DNA from: the human T2T-CHM13v2.0 reference genome, Homo sapiens
DNA: 64,000 nucleotides
Assembly (NCBI RefSeq): GCF_009914755.1
Contig: NC_060943.1
Reading direction: 5' to 3' (one strand)
Made by a program: the position numbers and the translations under genes. Under the pieces are notes generated by a model. It was not told the origin of the DNA and searched no databases. It worked only from the letters and a program-made list of their open reading frames with translations. How positions within the stretch are numbered: position 1 is the first letter of the stretch; each line of letters begins with the position of its first letter. This document shows positions 17,551 to 38,670 of this stretch, piece by piece.

Positions 17551-17954
17551 TGAGCGAGAGCAGAGGAAACCATCGATCCAGCCTGGACGGTCAAGGCTTT
17601 CTTGAGGAATTGATGCCATGGGGAAATGGAAGAAAAGGCAGAGTGAGTGGGTTGGGTGCAGAGTCAGGAGAGGTTAGGAAGCCTCCAGGAGAGCTTCAAG
17701 TGACTGTGTGTGGCTGAGAACAGCATGGGAATGCGTGGAAGGTATGCAGACAAAATTGGAGGGATCAACAGGGGCTGGATATCTAAGCTCACAGAATAGC
17801 AAGCTGAGGAATTGGAACTGCATGCTGAGGGTGACTGGGAGGTTCCGAACTGAAGATAGGGAAGGCTTCCATCACAGAACTCCCTGGGATATGCCGGGCG
17901 CGGTGGCTCATGCCTCCAATCCCAGCACTTTGGGAGGCCGAGACAGGTGGATCA

Positions 17955-18206
<252 letters not shown>

Positions 18207-18761
18207 TCAGGTGCCTCATGAAAGCCAGAGTCATGTGGGCCCAGTGGAAGTATCTAACCTATTATCAGGGAATCTGTGAGGGTGTTTAGTCTGGAAGGAA
18301 ATGGAGATTTTCCAGGACAGGCAAGGGGAAAGAGACTGAGGAAAGCGTATCTGCAGAGGCCTGGAGCGGTTAGAAGATGTGCTATGTCCAGGTGCCTACA
18401 GTCTGTGTGCGTCCGAGCATGGGCTCTACCTGGACACAGTGAGGAGCGAGATTAAATACCTGGATCACAGCCGAGTCCAAAGCCTAGGACTTCATCCTGG
18501 GAGCAGTGCGTAGGGATGGCGGTCGTCCCGCCACAGCCTTGGCTCCGCCATCTTTGAAATGGCCCCATCACCCAAAATGCTCCTCCTTCTGAACCCCAGA
18601 GCTCCACTCTGCACCCATGCTCTAGCCTCACACCAAGGACTTTCTTGGTAAGAGACGGACAGTTCGGTGAAGTGGTTAAAAGCCTACAGGCTTAGATAAT
18701 GGAAGAGAGAGCTCCGTCCTCACACTCCTTTCTGCTGAGCATGAAATGCCTGGTTACTCAC

Positions 18762-18821
18762 CAGTTGTGAAGACTTTGTTTGTGAATGAGACGGTCAGTT
18801 CAGCGGTGGCTTCTGAGAATT
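18762..18821 (-). CDS. GP6: GP6 exon 6 (stalk, EFSEATAELTVSFTNKVFTT)
   Basis: 60 nt between ttag| and |GTGAGT. Keeps frame. Confidence 0.95.
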
Positions 18822-19109
18822 CTAAGAAAGCAAAACAATGTTAGGTCTTCCCCGTGGTTCCCTATATCCTCTAGATATCTCCATTCCCCTTTTGAGATAT
18901 CTAGGCTCCCTGAAACCCCTTTCTCTGACACACTGCACAGACACTGAAGACAGACAAATTCGAAAGGTGTAAGACTTATCTTCCATGACCGGCTTAGTAA
19001 GAAGCAGATCCGTTCAGCAATTGATAGACACTTGGTTTTTTTTCCACGTTTTGCTGTTATGAATATTGCTGCTGTGAACATTGACGTACAGGTTTTTGTG
19101 TGAACATAA

Positions 19110-19456
<347 letters not shown>

Positions 19457-19772
19457 TGATCCACCCTCCTTGGCCTCTCAAAGTGCTGGGATTACAGGCT
19501 GCGCCTGGCCACAGACTGTTTTTCAAAGCAGCTGCACCATTTTATATTCCCACCAGCAATATAAGAAGGTTCTTCCAAATCCTCACCAATACTTCTTGTC
19601 CGTTTGTTTTGTTTTAAAAATCATAGTCATCCTAGTTGGCATGGTGAATTTTATGGTATGTGAATTATATCTCAGTTTGAATAATAAGATGTGGATCCAT
19701 GTCTTCGTGAGCCTAGAGGAAGAATGAGCTCGTGTTAGCCTCAGAACACGGGATCTCCACCTTCCAACTTAG

Positions 19773-19973
<201 letters not shown>

Positions 19974-20316
19974 TAGAGATGGGGTTTCACCGTGTTAGCC
20001 AGGATGGTCTCGATCTCCTGACCTTGTGATCCACCCGCCTCAGCCTCCCAAAGTGCTGGGAATACAGGCGTGAGCCACCGCGCCCGGCCAGGCCATTTTC
20101 TTAACCAGGGGCCTCCTGAGGCCACCAAAATATTCCTGAACTGCCTCAGCTGATAAATACGAAGCTCTTGTTGCAGTGGGTACTATCCTGGGAGTCTTTT
20201 TATGGTGGAACCAGCTTGGAAAAAACTAGTTTATGCTCAGCTCTCGGTGGCATAATGAGAGTGTGGGTATTATTTGGTCTTTGTTATTTCTCTTCGTGTG
20301 AGATGCATTAATAAAC

Positions 20317-23380
<3,064 letters not shown>

Positions 23381-23432
23381 CACCTTGTTTTGATTTTGAT
23401 TTCAACACAGCGTGTGGTATTTGCATGCCATG

Positions 23433-23840
23433 TGATACAGTTTGAATATGTGTTCCCACCAAATCTCATACTGGATTATGATCCCCAATGTTGGAGGTGG
23501 GGGCCTGGTGGGAGGTGTTTGGATCATAGGGGTGGATCCCTCATTGCTTGGTGCTTTCCTTGCAATAGTAAGTGAATTCTCACAAGATCTGGCTATTGCA
23601 AAGTGTGGCATGTCCCCCAGTCCCAACTCTCTCTCTCTCTTGCTCCTGCTCCCACCACATGAGACAGCTACCCCCTCTTTGCCTTCTGCCATGACTGTAA
23701 GCTTCCTGAGGCCTCCCCAAAAGCAGAAGCCAGCCTTCTGCTTCCTATACGGCCTTCAGAACCATGAACCAATTAAACCTCTTTTCTTATCAATGATCCA
23801 GTCTCAGGTATTTATAGCAGCACAAAATCGGCCTAATATA
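23433..23840 (+). mobile_element. MST-type MaLR solo LTR
   Basis: Starts TGATACAGTTTG and carries the typical MaLR blocks ccccaatgttggaggtggggcctggtgggagg and ccaattaaacctcttttc. Confidence 0.75.
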
Positions 23841-24355
23841 GCATGAAATACTGCTCAGCAATCAAAAGGAACACATCATTGATACATACAGCAGCTTGGA
23901 TGGGCCTCAGGGGCATTGCACTGAGTGACAAAAGGATATCTCAAACGGTTGCATACTGGATGATCCCATTTACATCAGATTCTAGAAATGGAAGATTATA
24001 GAGATGGAGAACAAATTAATGGATACCGGGAGTTAGGGATGGCAAGGGAAGGAGAAGGGTAGATGTGAATATAAAGGGTCGCCCAAGGGAGGCCCTTGTG
24101 AGACGGAAGAGTTCTGTACAGTGACTGCGGTGATGGTGACGCGAATCCACAACGGTGACAAATTGGCATGGAACTAGACACCTACTTTATGCCAATGTCA
24201 AATTCCTGGTTTTTATGCTGTACTCTAATTACGTAAGATGTAACCATTAGGGGAAACTGGAAAAAGAGCACATGGGATTCTTCTGTTCTATCATTGTAGA
24301 CTTCCTGTGACTCTAGAACCATTTCAAAAGAGAAAGTTCAAAAATTCAGTCAGAA

Positions 24356-24554
24356 GCACACGCACACATATGCACGCATGCACACACACATGCACGCATG
24401 CACACACATGCACGCACACACACACGCACGCATGCACACACACACATGCACGCACACGCACATGCACGCACACATGCACGCACACACACATATGCACGCA
24501 CACACGCACATGCACGCACACACATGCACGCACACACGCACATGCACGCACACA
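24356..24554. repeat. About 200-bp alternating purine-pyrimidine (CA/CG/TG) tract
   Basis: Continuous cacacatgcacgca-type repeats. Confidence 0.9.
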
Positions 24555-24828
24555 GTATGTGACCATCTTCCATGTCCCTGCCCACTAGGCATAATAGCCC
24601 TCACTCTGCCCTCAACCCCGCAAATCTCATCCTTATCAACCTCGGCTCTTTCCAGCATGTTTCTCCTGCCTTGGTGCTTCACTCTGAGACGCAGGGAATG
24701 TTAGACACGCCCAGCCTCCAGCCTAGCGTATGATATTCTTAAAGTGCAGGCCGTAGTCTGGTACACCGTATTCAGCTGAGATGTTTGTGAAAGTGGAGGG
24801 GATAACACGCCTCACACAAAACTTACCG

Positions 24829-25006
24829 CAGTGGTTCTCAAAGCAGCATTCTGGAGCCATAGCATCAGCATCACCTGGGAACTTACTAGGAATGAAAATG
24901 ACTGGATTCACCCCAGACCTACTGAAGCAGAAGCCCTGGGGGCTCAGAAATCTATTCTTTAAGCCTCCAGGTGATTCTTATGCTCATGGAAGTTTGAGAA
25001 CCGCTG
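24829..25006. mobile_element. MER5A-type hAT-Charlie MITE
   Basis: Terminal inverted repeats CAGTGGTTCTCAAA ... TTTGAGAACCGCTG with internal gcatcagcatcacctggga. Confidence 0.8.
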
Positions 25007-25391
25007 ATCAATGCAATCAGTGACTCAGAAACAGAGTCCCGGACTCTACAGGTTTGTTGGTTGGTTGGTTGGTTGGTTGGTTAGTTTGTTTGTTTTTGTC
25101 ACCCATATTCAACCAGCTGGACTCCACAGTATAGCAAGCCACTCCGATTATTCTTCTGCATGTTATATGTGATAAACCATCCACCTAGAGTAGGATTGGG
25201 GGCAGCATCTTAACATCTAACTACTTAGGACACCCACCCTGTTTACAGGCAGAAATAAAGGATTTTTAAAACAAAGCAAATCTGTGAAAGAACCAACTGA
25301 ATTAAATCGAGAAGTCTAGGCAGAGAGGAGAGAGAGAAGGGGTCCGTGTACCTCATACGCTGTGCACCAGAATGGACCCTGCAGAACCTAC

Positions 25392-25445
25392 CTGCTACCG
25401 AGGAAGGTGGTTCTGTTGGTAACCGGCTGGGGGTCACAGAGGTTC
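25392..25445 (-). CDS. GP6: GP6 exon 5 (stalk, GTSVTPSRLPTEPPSSVA; skippable in frame)
   Basis: 54 nt between cccag| and |GTAGGT. Confidence 0.95.
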
Positions 25446-25566
25446 CTGGGAAATCAGAAAATGAGATAAATCTGTGCTCTGTCGCTGTGGGTCCTGAACA
25501 AATAACGAAACATCTCCGTGACTGAGTTTCCTCACCGGAAAAATGAGCCTAAAGTAGCTTACATCA

Positions 25567-25953
<387 letters not shown>

Positions 25954-25974
25954 TCACCTGAGGTCAAGAGTTCA

Positions 25975-26268
<294 letters not shown>

Positions 26269-26843
26269 TCAACCTCAGTTCTATTTCTTCTGGATTCCTG
26301 TGTCCTACCCCTCACTGTGACCCTGGGGGCAAAACAGATTTTTCTACCAAAAACTAAATGATGTATTTTGTTTGATTTAATATGACATTGTTAAATGTAC
26401 TGATCAGTGGCGTTGGGTATGTTCACATTGTGGTACAATATGTTGACCTCTAGAACTTATTTTTCTTGCAAAACTGAAATTCTGTGCCCATTAAACACTA
26501 ATTCCTTCTCTCTCCTCTTTCTGGCCCTTAACAACCACCATTGTACTTTGTGTTTCTACAGTGTTGACATTAGATACCTCCTTTGAGTAGAATCATACAG
26601 TAGTTGTCCTTTTGTGACTGACTGACTTAGCATAATGTCCTCAAGGTATATCCATGTTGTAGTATGTGTCAGAATTTCCTTCTTTTTTAAGGCTGCATAA
26701 TATTCCATTGCATGTATATAACCACATTATGAGGTATGCTGCTCTCTTTTGAAAGAAACCCCCTTTAAGAATGGTAGTCAAGTCCGACGCGGTGGCTCAC
26801 GCCTGTAATCCCAGCACTTTGGGAGGCCGAGGCGGGCAGATCA

Positions 26844-27683
<840 letters not shown>

Positions 27684-27749
27684 CCCTTGGAATGGCCATC
27701 AGGACCTATAAAGGCTGAGGAAGAAAGGTTTGGTCTGCACTACCCCTAC

Positions 27750-28034
27750 CTGTGACCACAAGCTCCAGGGGGTCGCTGGGGGCCGACCACAGGTATGGGT
27801 CCCTGCTGGAGAAGCTGTAGCATCGGTAGGTTCCGCTGTGGGCGGCGGTCACCGTGATGATGGGGAAACTAGCCCGGTACCATCTCTCGGGATTCTTGTA
27901 GGGCGCAGGGTCCCCTTCCTTGTACAGAGCAAATTGGTCAAAGCCATACCGAGTCTGACACTGTAGGGTTACGTCCCCTCCTGACGACACCGCCGGGCCG
28001 GGCTGGGCTGAGAGCGAGGGTTTGGCAAAAACTC
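27750..28034 (-). CDS. GP6: GP6 exon 4 (Ig-like domain D2)
   Basis: 285 nt, [27 protein letters not shown]...[28 protein letters not shown], with canonical AG/GT boundaries. Confidence 0.97.
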
Positions 28035-29234
28035 CTGGGAGAAAAAGAAAGTCTGATGTTGAAGGCAGGAGCCAGCATCTCAGCTGAGACTGGGGAGGTC
28101 CCCACACCTGCCTAAGAGCTGGGGAGCTTTTTGGCTGTATCCCTCCCAGAGAGCGCACTCCCCCACCCAAGCTCACAGAGAGGTCGAGTCACCCAGTGGT
28201 TGAGGAAGGAGGCTGTGCTCACGTCCTAGTGCTTGGGTGCAAATCCTAGTTCTGCCTTCAGGGGCCTGGTGGCCCTGGAGACAAATCTCCCTCTGTATCT
28301 GAGCCTCACTGCCTTGTTCTGTTAAAATGGGGATGACTGAATGAGACAGTATACAGTAATTTGCAGAGTGCCTGTTGCCTAGCAAGCGCTGGAGTAAGTA
28401 AATAGCTTAAGCTTATACTGTGCTGTAAGCTTGTATTGCCACATACAATTGTTACGTTGTAAATGTGGCTGACAGTGCTAGCTTCCGGGTGCCTTCCAAA
28501 CTTATGATGTATATCAGTTCAGTGAATCCTCAGAGACCTATGGAGTCCTCACTCTTAATGTCCCTATTTTATAAATGAAACTAAGGCACATGGCATTAAA
28601 TAATTTGTCCAACTCTAGGTAACAATACTGCAGTGTATAGCTGAAATTTGCTAAGAGGGTAGATTATAAGTGTTCTCACACACAAAAAAGTTAACTGTGT
28701 CAGGTGATGTATGTTAATTAGCTTGCTAGTAGTAACTGTCTCACAGTGGATTCGTATATCAAAACATCAACTTGTACACCTTGGATATATTCCATTTTTG
28801 TTTTTCAATTATACCTCAACAAAGCTGGACATATTTTAATTTAAAAATAAATAAAAAACTTGTCCAAGATCATAAGTGGCAGAGTTGAAATCTGCACTCA
28901 CAGAGTTTGATTCCAGGGTCTCCGCTCCTAAACACGAACCTACACTACTCTGATGTGAGGTTGTTGTCATAGACCGGTGTGGTGATGCATGCCTGCACAC
29001 AGGAGTCAGAAAAACAAAGGTTGAGGCTGGGTGCGGCGGCTCACACCGGTCATCCCAGCACTTTGGGAGGCCAAGGTGGGAGGATCGCTTGAGCCCAGGA
29101 AGGCGAGGCTGCAGTGAGCTATGATCACTGTACACTAGCCTGGGTGACAGAGTGAGACCTTGTCTCAAAAAAAGACAGAGAGAGAAAGCAAAAGAAAGGA
29201 AGTAAGGAAGATAAAAATATAAGCTGCCTAATAA

Positions 29235-29845
<611 letters not shown>

Positions 29846-30965
29846 TAAAAAAAAAAAGGTATACTTCACATACCAGATAGTGAGGAGGGCCACTTTGACT
29901 AGGGTGGTGGGGGATATACTTAGCGAGAAGAGAGTATTTGAGTCTGACCCTGAAAGAAGTAATGAGGCAGCCAGGCTGGTCCATTTTCTAGTAGCAGAGA
30001 GGAGGCCAGTGATGCTGTGGAGGGGAGTGAGGCAGGGAAGAGGGGAGGGAGGCAGGATTTATAACGCGGAATAGACCACAGTGCAGCTGGCCAGGAATTA
30101 GGGTGGCGTGAGTGAGGCACTCTCCTGGGATGTAAAATTTAATTATTCCCAAACAATTAACGTATTTGAAAAAATTATTGAAAATTTGAAGAGTAGGTCG
30201 TTAAAACTCACATTATTCTGTTTGAATACTTTATTCCCCTGAAAGATTTATTAGAATTTTACATTCTAGGCTTTTGTGGATGCAAGCGCATCAGTGCTAT
30301 TTCCAAAACCTACTTCTAGAAAATAACCATTTAAAAGTGCACTAACTGGGTGCACCTATAGTCCCAGCTACTAGGGAGGACCACTTGAGCCCAGGGATTT
30401 GAGGCTAAAGTGAGCTATGATCATGCCTGTGAATACAGCGAGTGTACTAAAGCCTGGGCAACATAGTAAGACCTCTTCTCTTTTTTTTTTTTTCCCCAAG
30501 ATGGAGTCTTGCTCTGTCGCCCAGGCTGGACTGCAGTGGTGCAATCTCGGCTCACCGCCTCCCAGGTTTAAGCGATTCTCCTGCCTCAGCCTCCGGAGTA
30601 GCTGGGATTACAGGAGTGCGCCACCGCGCCCAGCTAATTATTATTATTTTTTTTAGTAGAGACGGGGTTTCACCATGTTGGCCAGGCTGGTCTCAAACTC
30701 CTGACCTTAAGTGATCCACCCACCTCAGCCTCCCAAAGTACTGGGATTACAGGCGTGAGCCGCCGCGCCCGGCCCAACCTCTTCTCTTAAAAAAAAAAAA
30801 AAAATAAGAAAAGAAATTAGAATATTTGCACCAATCAAGAGTCTAAGGAGACATAAATACTAAATGCACTGTGGGGCCCTGGACGGGGTCTGGGAACAGA
30901 AATAGGATATTAGTGGAAAGACTGGTGAAATTCAAATAGCCTGGAGTTTACTTGATATAATATAG

Positions 30966-31151
<186 letters not shown>

Positions 31152-31902
31152 TAATTTTGTTTAAAGATGAGGTCTCACTATGTTGCCCAGGCTGGTCTTG
31201 AACTCCTGAGCTCAAGCAATCCTCCCGCCTCAGCCTCCCAAAGTGCTGGGATTACAGGTGTAAACCACTGGGACCAGTGCTACGTTTATTTTTTGGTTGT
31301 AACAAATGTAAGATGTTAACATGAGGGGATCCTGGGTGAAATATTTCCATTAATATTATCTTTGGAACTTTTCTGTCAGTCTAAAAATTACTCCAAAACA
31401 AAGTTTTAAAAAGAATCCCGAGCCAAGCACGGTGGCCCGTGACCGTAGTCCCTGCTACTCATGAGGCTGAGGCAGGAGGATTGCTCAAGGCAAGGAGCTC
31501 CAGGCTGCAGTGAGCTATGACTGCTCCTATGAACAGCCACTGCACTCCGGCCTGGGCAGTGTAGCAAGACCCCATCGCTAATTTTTTTAAGTGCATTAAA
31601 ACACAGATAAAGGGTTGCCTGTTTTTCGTTTTGGCACAGACTCTGGTATGACTTGACACAGGCACTGGCTGATTCTGCCTTTATTTGAAATTCTGGTTTT
31701 TTTCATTGTGGATGTTTTTGCAATTTATTTTGATTTTTTTAAAAATTGCATGAAAATGTTATTCACAGCCAGATGCAGTGGCTCACGCCTGAAATCCCAA
31801 CACTTTGGGAAGCCAAGGTGGAAGGATAGCTTGAGCCCACAGGAGTTCGAGACCAGCCTGAGCAACATAGCGAGACCCTATCTCTCTCTCTTTTGTATTT
31901 TA

Positions 31903-32122
<220 letters not shown>

Positions 32123-32270
32123 TCACATTGATCCATAAATGTCGTGGCACCACCACCCGCTAGGCCAGTGCCTCGTTTGCCTCACCCTAATCCCTGCCCT
32201 CAATGTCCCCCGTATTTGTGTCCTGAACGGAGGACCACGCAGTCCCAGGCTCCGATCCCCCTTCCTTTAC

Positions 32271-32528
32271 CCGTGGCAACGAGCTCCAGCTGGTCGCTGG
32301 GCAGGGACCAGAGGCTTCCGTTCTGGTAGGAGCAGCGGTAGCGTCCAGCCAGACTTCTCTTCATGGCCGGGATGAAGAGGACTGCCTGATCCTGGTACCT
32401 GCTGGAACTCAGCTTCTCCAGGCGGTACAGGTCCACGCCCGGAGGTCCCTGGCACCGGAGGGTCACTGGCTTCTCCAGGGGCACCAGGGAGCTGGGCAGA
32501 GCCTGGAGGGAGGGCTTGGGGAGCGGTC
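32271..32528 (-). CDS. GP6: GP6 exon 3 (Ig-like domain D1, collagen binding)
   Basis: 258 nt, [39 protein letters not shown]...[25 protein letters not shown], with canonical boundaries. Confidence 0.97.
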
Positions 32529-32637
32529 CTGGAAGAGGAGCAGGGCTGGGTCAGCCTCCCCGCAGACCCCGCCTGGACCCCGCTGCTCCCGCGCTGGCGG
32601 ATCCCGCAGGAGGGAAGGGGTCTGGGGAAGGACTCAC

Positions 32638-32670
32638 CACTCTGCGCTGGCACACGCCCCAGACACAGCC
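32638..32670 (-). CDS. GP6: GP6 exon 2 (second part of signal peptide)
   Basis: 33 nt, ctcag|GGCTGTGTCTGGGGCGTGTGCCAGCGCAGAGTG|gtgagt. Confidence 0.95.
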
Positions 32671-32970
32671 CTGAGGAAAGAAGAAAGGGACCAGATGCCA
32701 GGACTCGCTTTTATGGACATTCCTGCCTGCTGGGCGCGGTGATAAGACATTTGCATGCATATGCTTTACTCTGTCCTAATAATTTCTTCAAAAGACACAC
32801 AGGAATGTAATTTAAGTGAGAGAAACCGGTCAGAAAAAGCCACATAGTTTATGAGGTCGTTTACATGAAATATCCAGAATAGGTAAATCTATAGGAGATG
32901 GAGAAGAAAGCAGATCCATGGCTGGGGGTGGTGGGAGAGGAGGGCAAGGCATGGTGGCGTACTGCTATCT

Positions 32971-33743
32971 GTGGACTTGTTCGTGTTAGACACGGTGGGC
33001 TCGTTCGTGTTAGACACGGTGGGCTCGTTCGTGTTAGACACGGTGGGCTCGTTCGTGTTGTGTTAGACACGGTGGACTCGTTCGTGTTAGACGCGGTGGA
33101 CTCGTTCGTGTTAGACGTGGAGGGCTCGTTCGTGTTGTGTTAGACACGGTGGGTTCGTTCGTGTTAGACGCGGTGGGTTCGTTCGTGTTAGACGCGGTGG
33201 GTTCGTTCGTGTTAGACGCGGTGGACTCGTTCGTGTTAGACACGGTGGACTCGTTCGTGTTAGACACGGTGGACTCGTTCGTGTTGTGTTAGACACGGTG
33301 GGTTCGTTCGTGTTAGACGCGGTGGGTTCGTTCGTGTTAGACGCGGTGGGTTCGTTCGTGTTAGACGCGGTGGACTCGTTCGTGTTAGACGCGGTGGACT
33401 CGTTCGTGTTAGACACGGTGGACTCGTTCGTGTTGTGTTAGACACGGTGGACTCGTTCGTGTTGTGTTAGACACGGTGGGCTCGTTCGTGTTGTGTTAGA
33501 CACGGTGGACTCGTTCGTGTTGTGTTAGACACGGTGGGCTCGTTCGTGTTGTGTTAGACACGGTTGGCTCGTTCGTGTTAGACGCGGTGGGCTCGTTCGT
33601 GTTAGACGCGGTGGGCTCGTTCGTGTTAGACGCGGTGGGCTCGTTCGTGTTGTGTTAGACACGGTGGGCTCGTTCGTGTTGTGTTAGACACAGTGGGCTC
33701 GTTTGTGTTGTGTTAGACACGGTGGGCTCGTTCGTGTTAGACA
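32971..33743. repeat. 24/29-bp CpG-rich VNTR, about 30 copies, in GP6 intron 1
   Basis: Unit cacggtgggctcgttcgtgttaga with an optional extra gtgtt. Confidence 0.95.
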
Positions 33744-34209
33744 TTGCCCATTGACTTCCTCAGTGGATGTGAGGAATGGGACCTGAGACATTGCTGTCCC
33801 TTCGTTTCCTCCCTTCAGTCTCCCAATATTAAATAATATCCAAGTACATTACAATAGTATGCAATTGTATAGACAAGTATTGTAAATACTATTGCATATT
33901 GTATATTATTGTATTTTATTGTCTATGTAATATATGCGATAAAACCCCACACTAATGGGATGCATTGGGCTCCAAGGATGGAGCAGGATGGAGCCTCAGC
34001 GTGTAAGTCAGGACGTCTCAGCATGTGCTGGCCATGGGTTTCCCGGTATTTACAACATTTGCTTGAATCAGTATTCCATGATTACATGATAGGATGTAAT
34101 ATATATAATAATCGTTTCAAATAGCCTGAAGGAGGATGGGGAAAGTTCCCAACACAGAAAGGATGCATGTTTGAGAAGATGGGTGTGCTACTTACCCTGA
34201 TCTGATTAC

Positions 34210-34382
34210 TATATGTATATACACATATAGTGCATATATGTAAACCTACATCTATACATACATGTGTATGTACATATACACGTGTGTACATACACACGTG
34301 TATATGTATGTATATGTATATATGTATGCATGTGTGTGTGTGTGTGTGTGTGTATACATATGTATACAAATACATGTACATA
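34210..34382. repeat. (TA)/(TG)/(CA) compound microsatellite
   Basis: Alternating tatgta, cata and tgtg runs including a pure (TG)n stretch. Confidence 0.85.
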
Positions 34383-34544
34383 AGCGATCCCCTCCTGGAA
34401 TTGCTTGAGCCCAGGAGGTCAAGTCTGCTGTGAGGTAAGATTGCACCACTGGCCGGGCACGGTGGCTCATGCCTATAATCCCAGCACTTTGGGAGGCCAG
34501 GGTGGGCGGATCACAAGGTCAGGAGTTCAAGACCAGCCTGGTCA

Positions 34545-34829
<285 letters not shown>

Positions 34830-34888
34830 CTAATTATCTGAAATTCCAATTTAACCAGGCATCCAGTGTTTTATCTGGTAACCCTCAT

Positions 34889-34919
<31 letters not shown>

Positions 34920-35583
34920 AAGGCGGGATAGTTGTCATTCCCACTGTAAACATAAGGAAACTGGGCAGAGGCCAAGCAACCTTGTGTAGCTCACATAGCA
35001 AGAAGTGGGTGAACCCAGCTCATGTCTTGACTCTGAGCTCAGAGAGTGACAACTTGTCACCAGCGCCCCCATAGCCACCACCCTTTGTCCACCCCAGGCT
35101 CCCTCTGCACCCCAACGCAAGCTCCGGCCGCTTCTCTGTCCCCCTCCTCCTGCCGCATCACAGCCCACCTCAGCCTCTTTGTAGGTTTCCATGCGACGCT
35201 GTACCATGGCTGGGAGTCTTCCAGGCGCCGTGCTGAGCGCCTTCTGTGCATGGACTCCAAGTCGCCATAATCGTACGGGTTACCCACCATTATCAGTCCC
35301 CTCTTATACATCAGGCTAGTGAGACAGTATCTTATCCACAGTCCTACAGCTGGCAGGAGTAGATTCAAACCCTAGCAGCACCAATTAGTGGTAAAGAGTG
35401 TGGACTTGGGAACTTACAGGAGTAGAGAGCACAGTGGTGGTTACCGGGGCGGTGGGGTAAGGTTTGGGGAGATGTTGGTCAGAGGAGGACAGTTTCAGTT
35501 GGACAAGAGGAGTATGTCTTGGAGATCTACTGCACATCATGGTGACTGTAGTTAATAACAACATATTGTACACTTGCATATCA

Positions 35584-35940
<357 letters not shown>

Positions 35941-36029
35941 TTAAAAGGAGTGAAATAATGTCTTTTGGCCAGGCACAGTGGCTCACATCTGTAATGCCAG
36001 CACTCTGGGAGGCCGAGGTGGGTGGATCA

Positions 36030-36245
<216 letters not shown>

Positions 36246-36509
36246 TTAAAAAAAAAAAAAAAGTCTTTTGCAGCAACTTGGATGGAGCTGGAAGGCATTA
36301 TTCTAAGTAAAGTAATACAGGAGTGGAAAACAAAAATCTGTATATTCTCACTTATAAGTGAGAGCTAAGCTGTGGGTATGCAAAGGCATGCAGAGTGATG
36401 TAATGGACTTCAGAGACTCAGAAGGGAAGGGCAGAAGTGGGGCAGGGATGAAAAACTACACATTAGGTACAAAGTACACTAGTCAGGTGACAGGTGCACT
36501 AAAATCTCA

Positions 36510-36864
<355 letters not shown>

Positions 36865-36872
36865 CTATCTCA

Positions 36873-37184
<312 letters not shown>

Positions 37185-37526
37185 TCAAAAAACAAACAAA
37201 AAGAAAAAAAGAATACATCCATGGATGGATAATGAATGAGAGGTTGTTTATATTCACAGTTAACCCTCTCATCTCCAGTAATGCAACCATCTTCTTCCTG
37301 CTTAGCCTTTTGGAGATGCTGTCCCTTTAGTGGTCAAATTCTGAAGAAATCAGGAAATAATGCATTCGACATGCCCAGCACAAGTGAAGATCAGGCAGCA
37401 GAAATGCATTCGACCTGCCACCCATCCATCAGGAGACTATTTACTCCACTACTGTAGGGGATACTGACAAATTAAATCCATACCTAGTCCAGATATCAAT
37501 TCCACAATTTTTTTTTTTTTTTTTGA

Positions 37527-37685
<159 letters not shown>

Positions 37686-37790
37686 TAGTAGAGATGGGGT
37701 TTCTCCATGTTGGTCAGGCTGGTCTCAAACTCCCGACCTCAGATGGCCCACCCGCCTCGGCCTCCCAAAGTGTGTAAGCCATGGCACTCA

Positions 37791-37822
<32 letters not shown>

Positions 37823-38374
37823 GAGATGGAGGCTCTCTCTGTTGCCCAGGCTGGAGTGCAATGCCTGACCTCAGCTCACTGCAACTTCTGCCTCCCAGTT
37901 TCAAGCAATTCTCCCACCTCAGCCTCCCACGTAGCTGGGATTACAAGCACCCGCCATCACGCCCGGCTAATTTTTGTAGAGATGGGGTTTCACCATGTTG
38001 ACCAGGCTGGTCTTGAACTCCTGACCTCAGGTGATCCACCCACCTCGGCCTCCCAAGGTTGAGATTACAGGCGTGAGCCACTGTGCCTGGCCCACATTTT
38101 TTAAAAAAGGGGCAACTGCAGTGTAGTAGAACAAAGTTGTGACCAATGCTAGGATACTCTGTTCATTTCCTGACCCAGCCATGAATACACTGGAATAACT
38201 CATGCAAAATGCCAGCTCGCTGGCCCCCCGTTTCCCCACCCAACAAATGAAGGGGCTCTTACAGGTTCCTTTTTGTCCTGAAATTCATCACCAATGCAAA
38301 TTTCTTAAAAATCCTTTGTCTGGCAGTCCATGCCTGTCCTTCAGCATTTCCCAGATCTGACCCTCAGGACTCAC

Positions 38375-38408
38375 CAAGACAGAAGAGGGCGGTCGGGGAT
38401 GGAGACAT
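38375..38408 (-). CDS. GP6: GP6 exon 1 coding part (MSPSPTALFCL)
   Basis: ATG at 38408 in context GAACCATGT, 34 nt to |GTGAGT. Exons sum to 34+33+258+285+54+60+51+245=1020 nt, or 339 aa. Confidence 0.96.
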
Positions 38409-38435
38409 GGTTCCTCAGCCCTGTCCTGAGCTCTG

Positions 38436-38670
38436 TGGCCAGGGAGGGAAGTGGTGGGAGCCTGGGGCACAGGCTCAGGATGTGATGAGGATGAAGAATG
38501 CTCTCCTCCCTTCCTCCACCAGCCCCGGCCTTTCCTAATTGAGACTCATCGAGCCGTAGCCGGCTCCTCAGTACAGTGACTTGCACACAAGCTCCAAGGA
38601 GCCGCGCTTATCTCCTCTGGCCAGCCTGGCGTTGCACCGTTTGTCCGCCTGCTGGGGCCTGGTCTGTGTT
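38436..38670 (-). promoter_or_regulatory. GP6: GP6 TATA-less megakaryocyte promoter with GATA and ETS sites
   Basis: AGATAA on the minus strand at 38608-38613. ETS cores GGAAGT near 38447 and CAGGATG near 38477. Fits the established GATA1/FLI1/Sp1 control of GP6. Confidence 0.7.

Noticed and set aside
24307-24704. His/Thr-rich and Cys/Val-rich ORFs
   Set aside because: Translations of the (CA/TG)n tract.
32971-33743. CRISPR-like array of 24-29 bp partly palindromic repeats
   Set aside because: Units are directly adjacent with no unique spacers and no cas genes, in a human intron. It is a VNTR.
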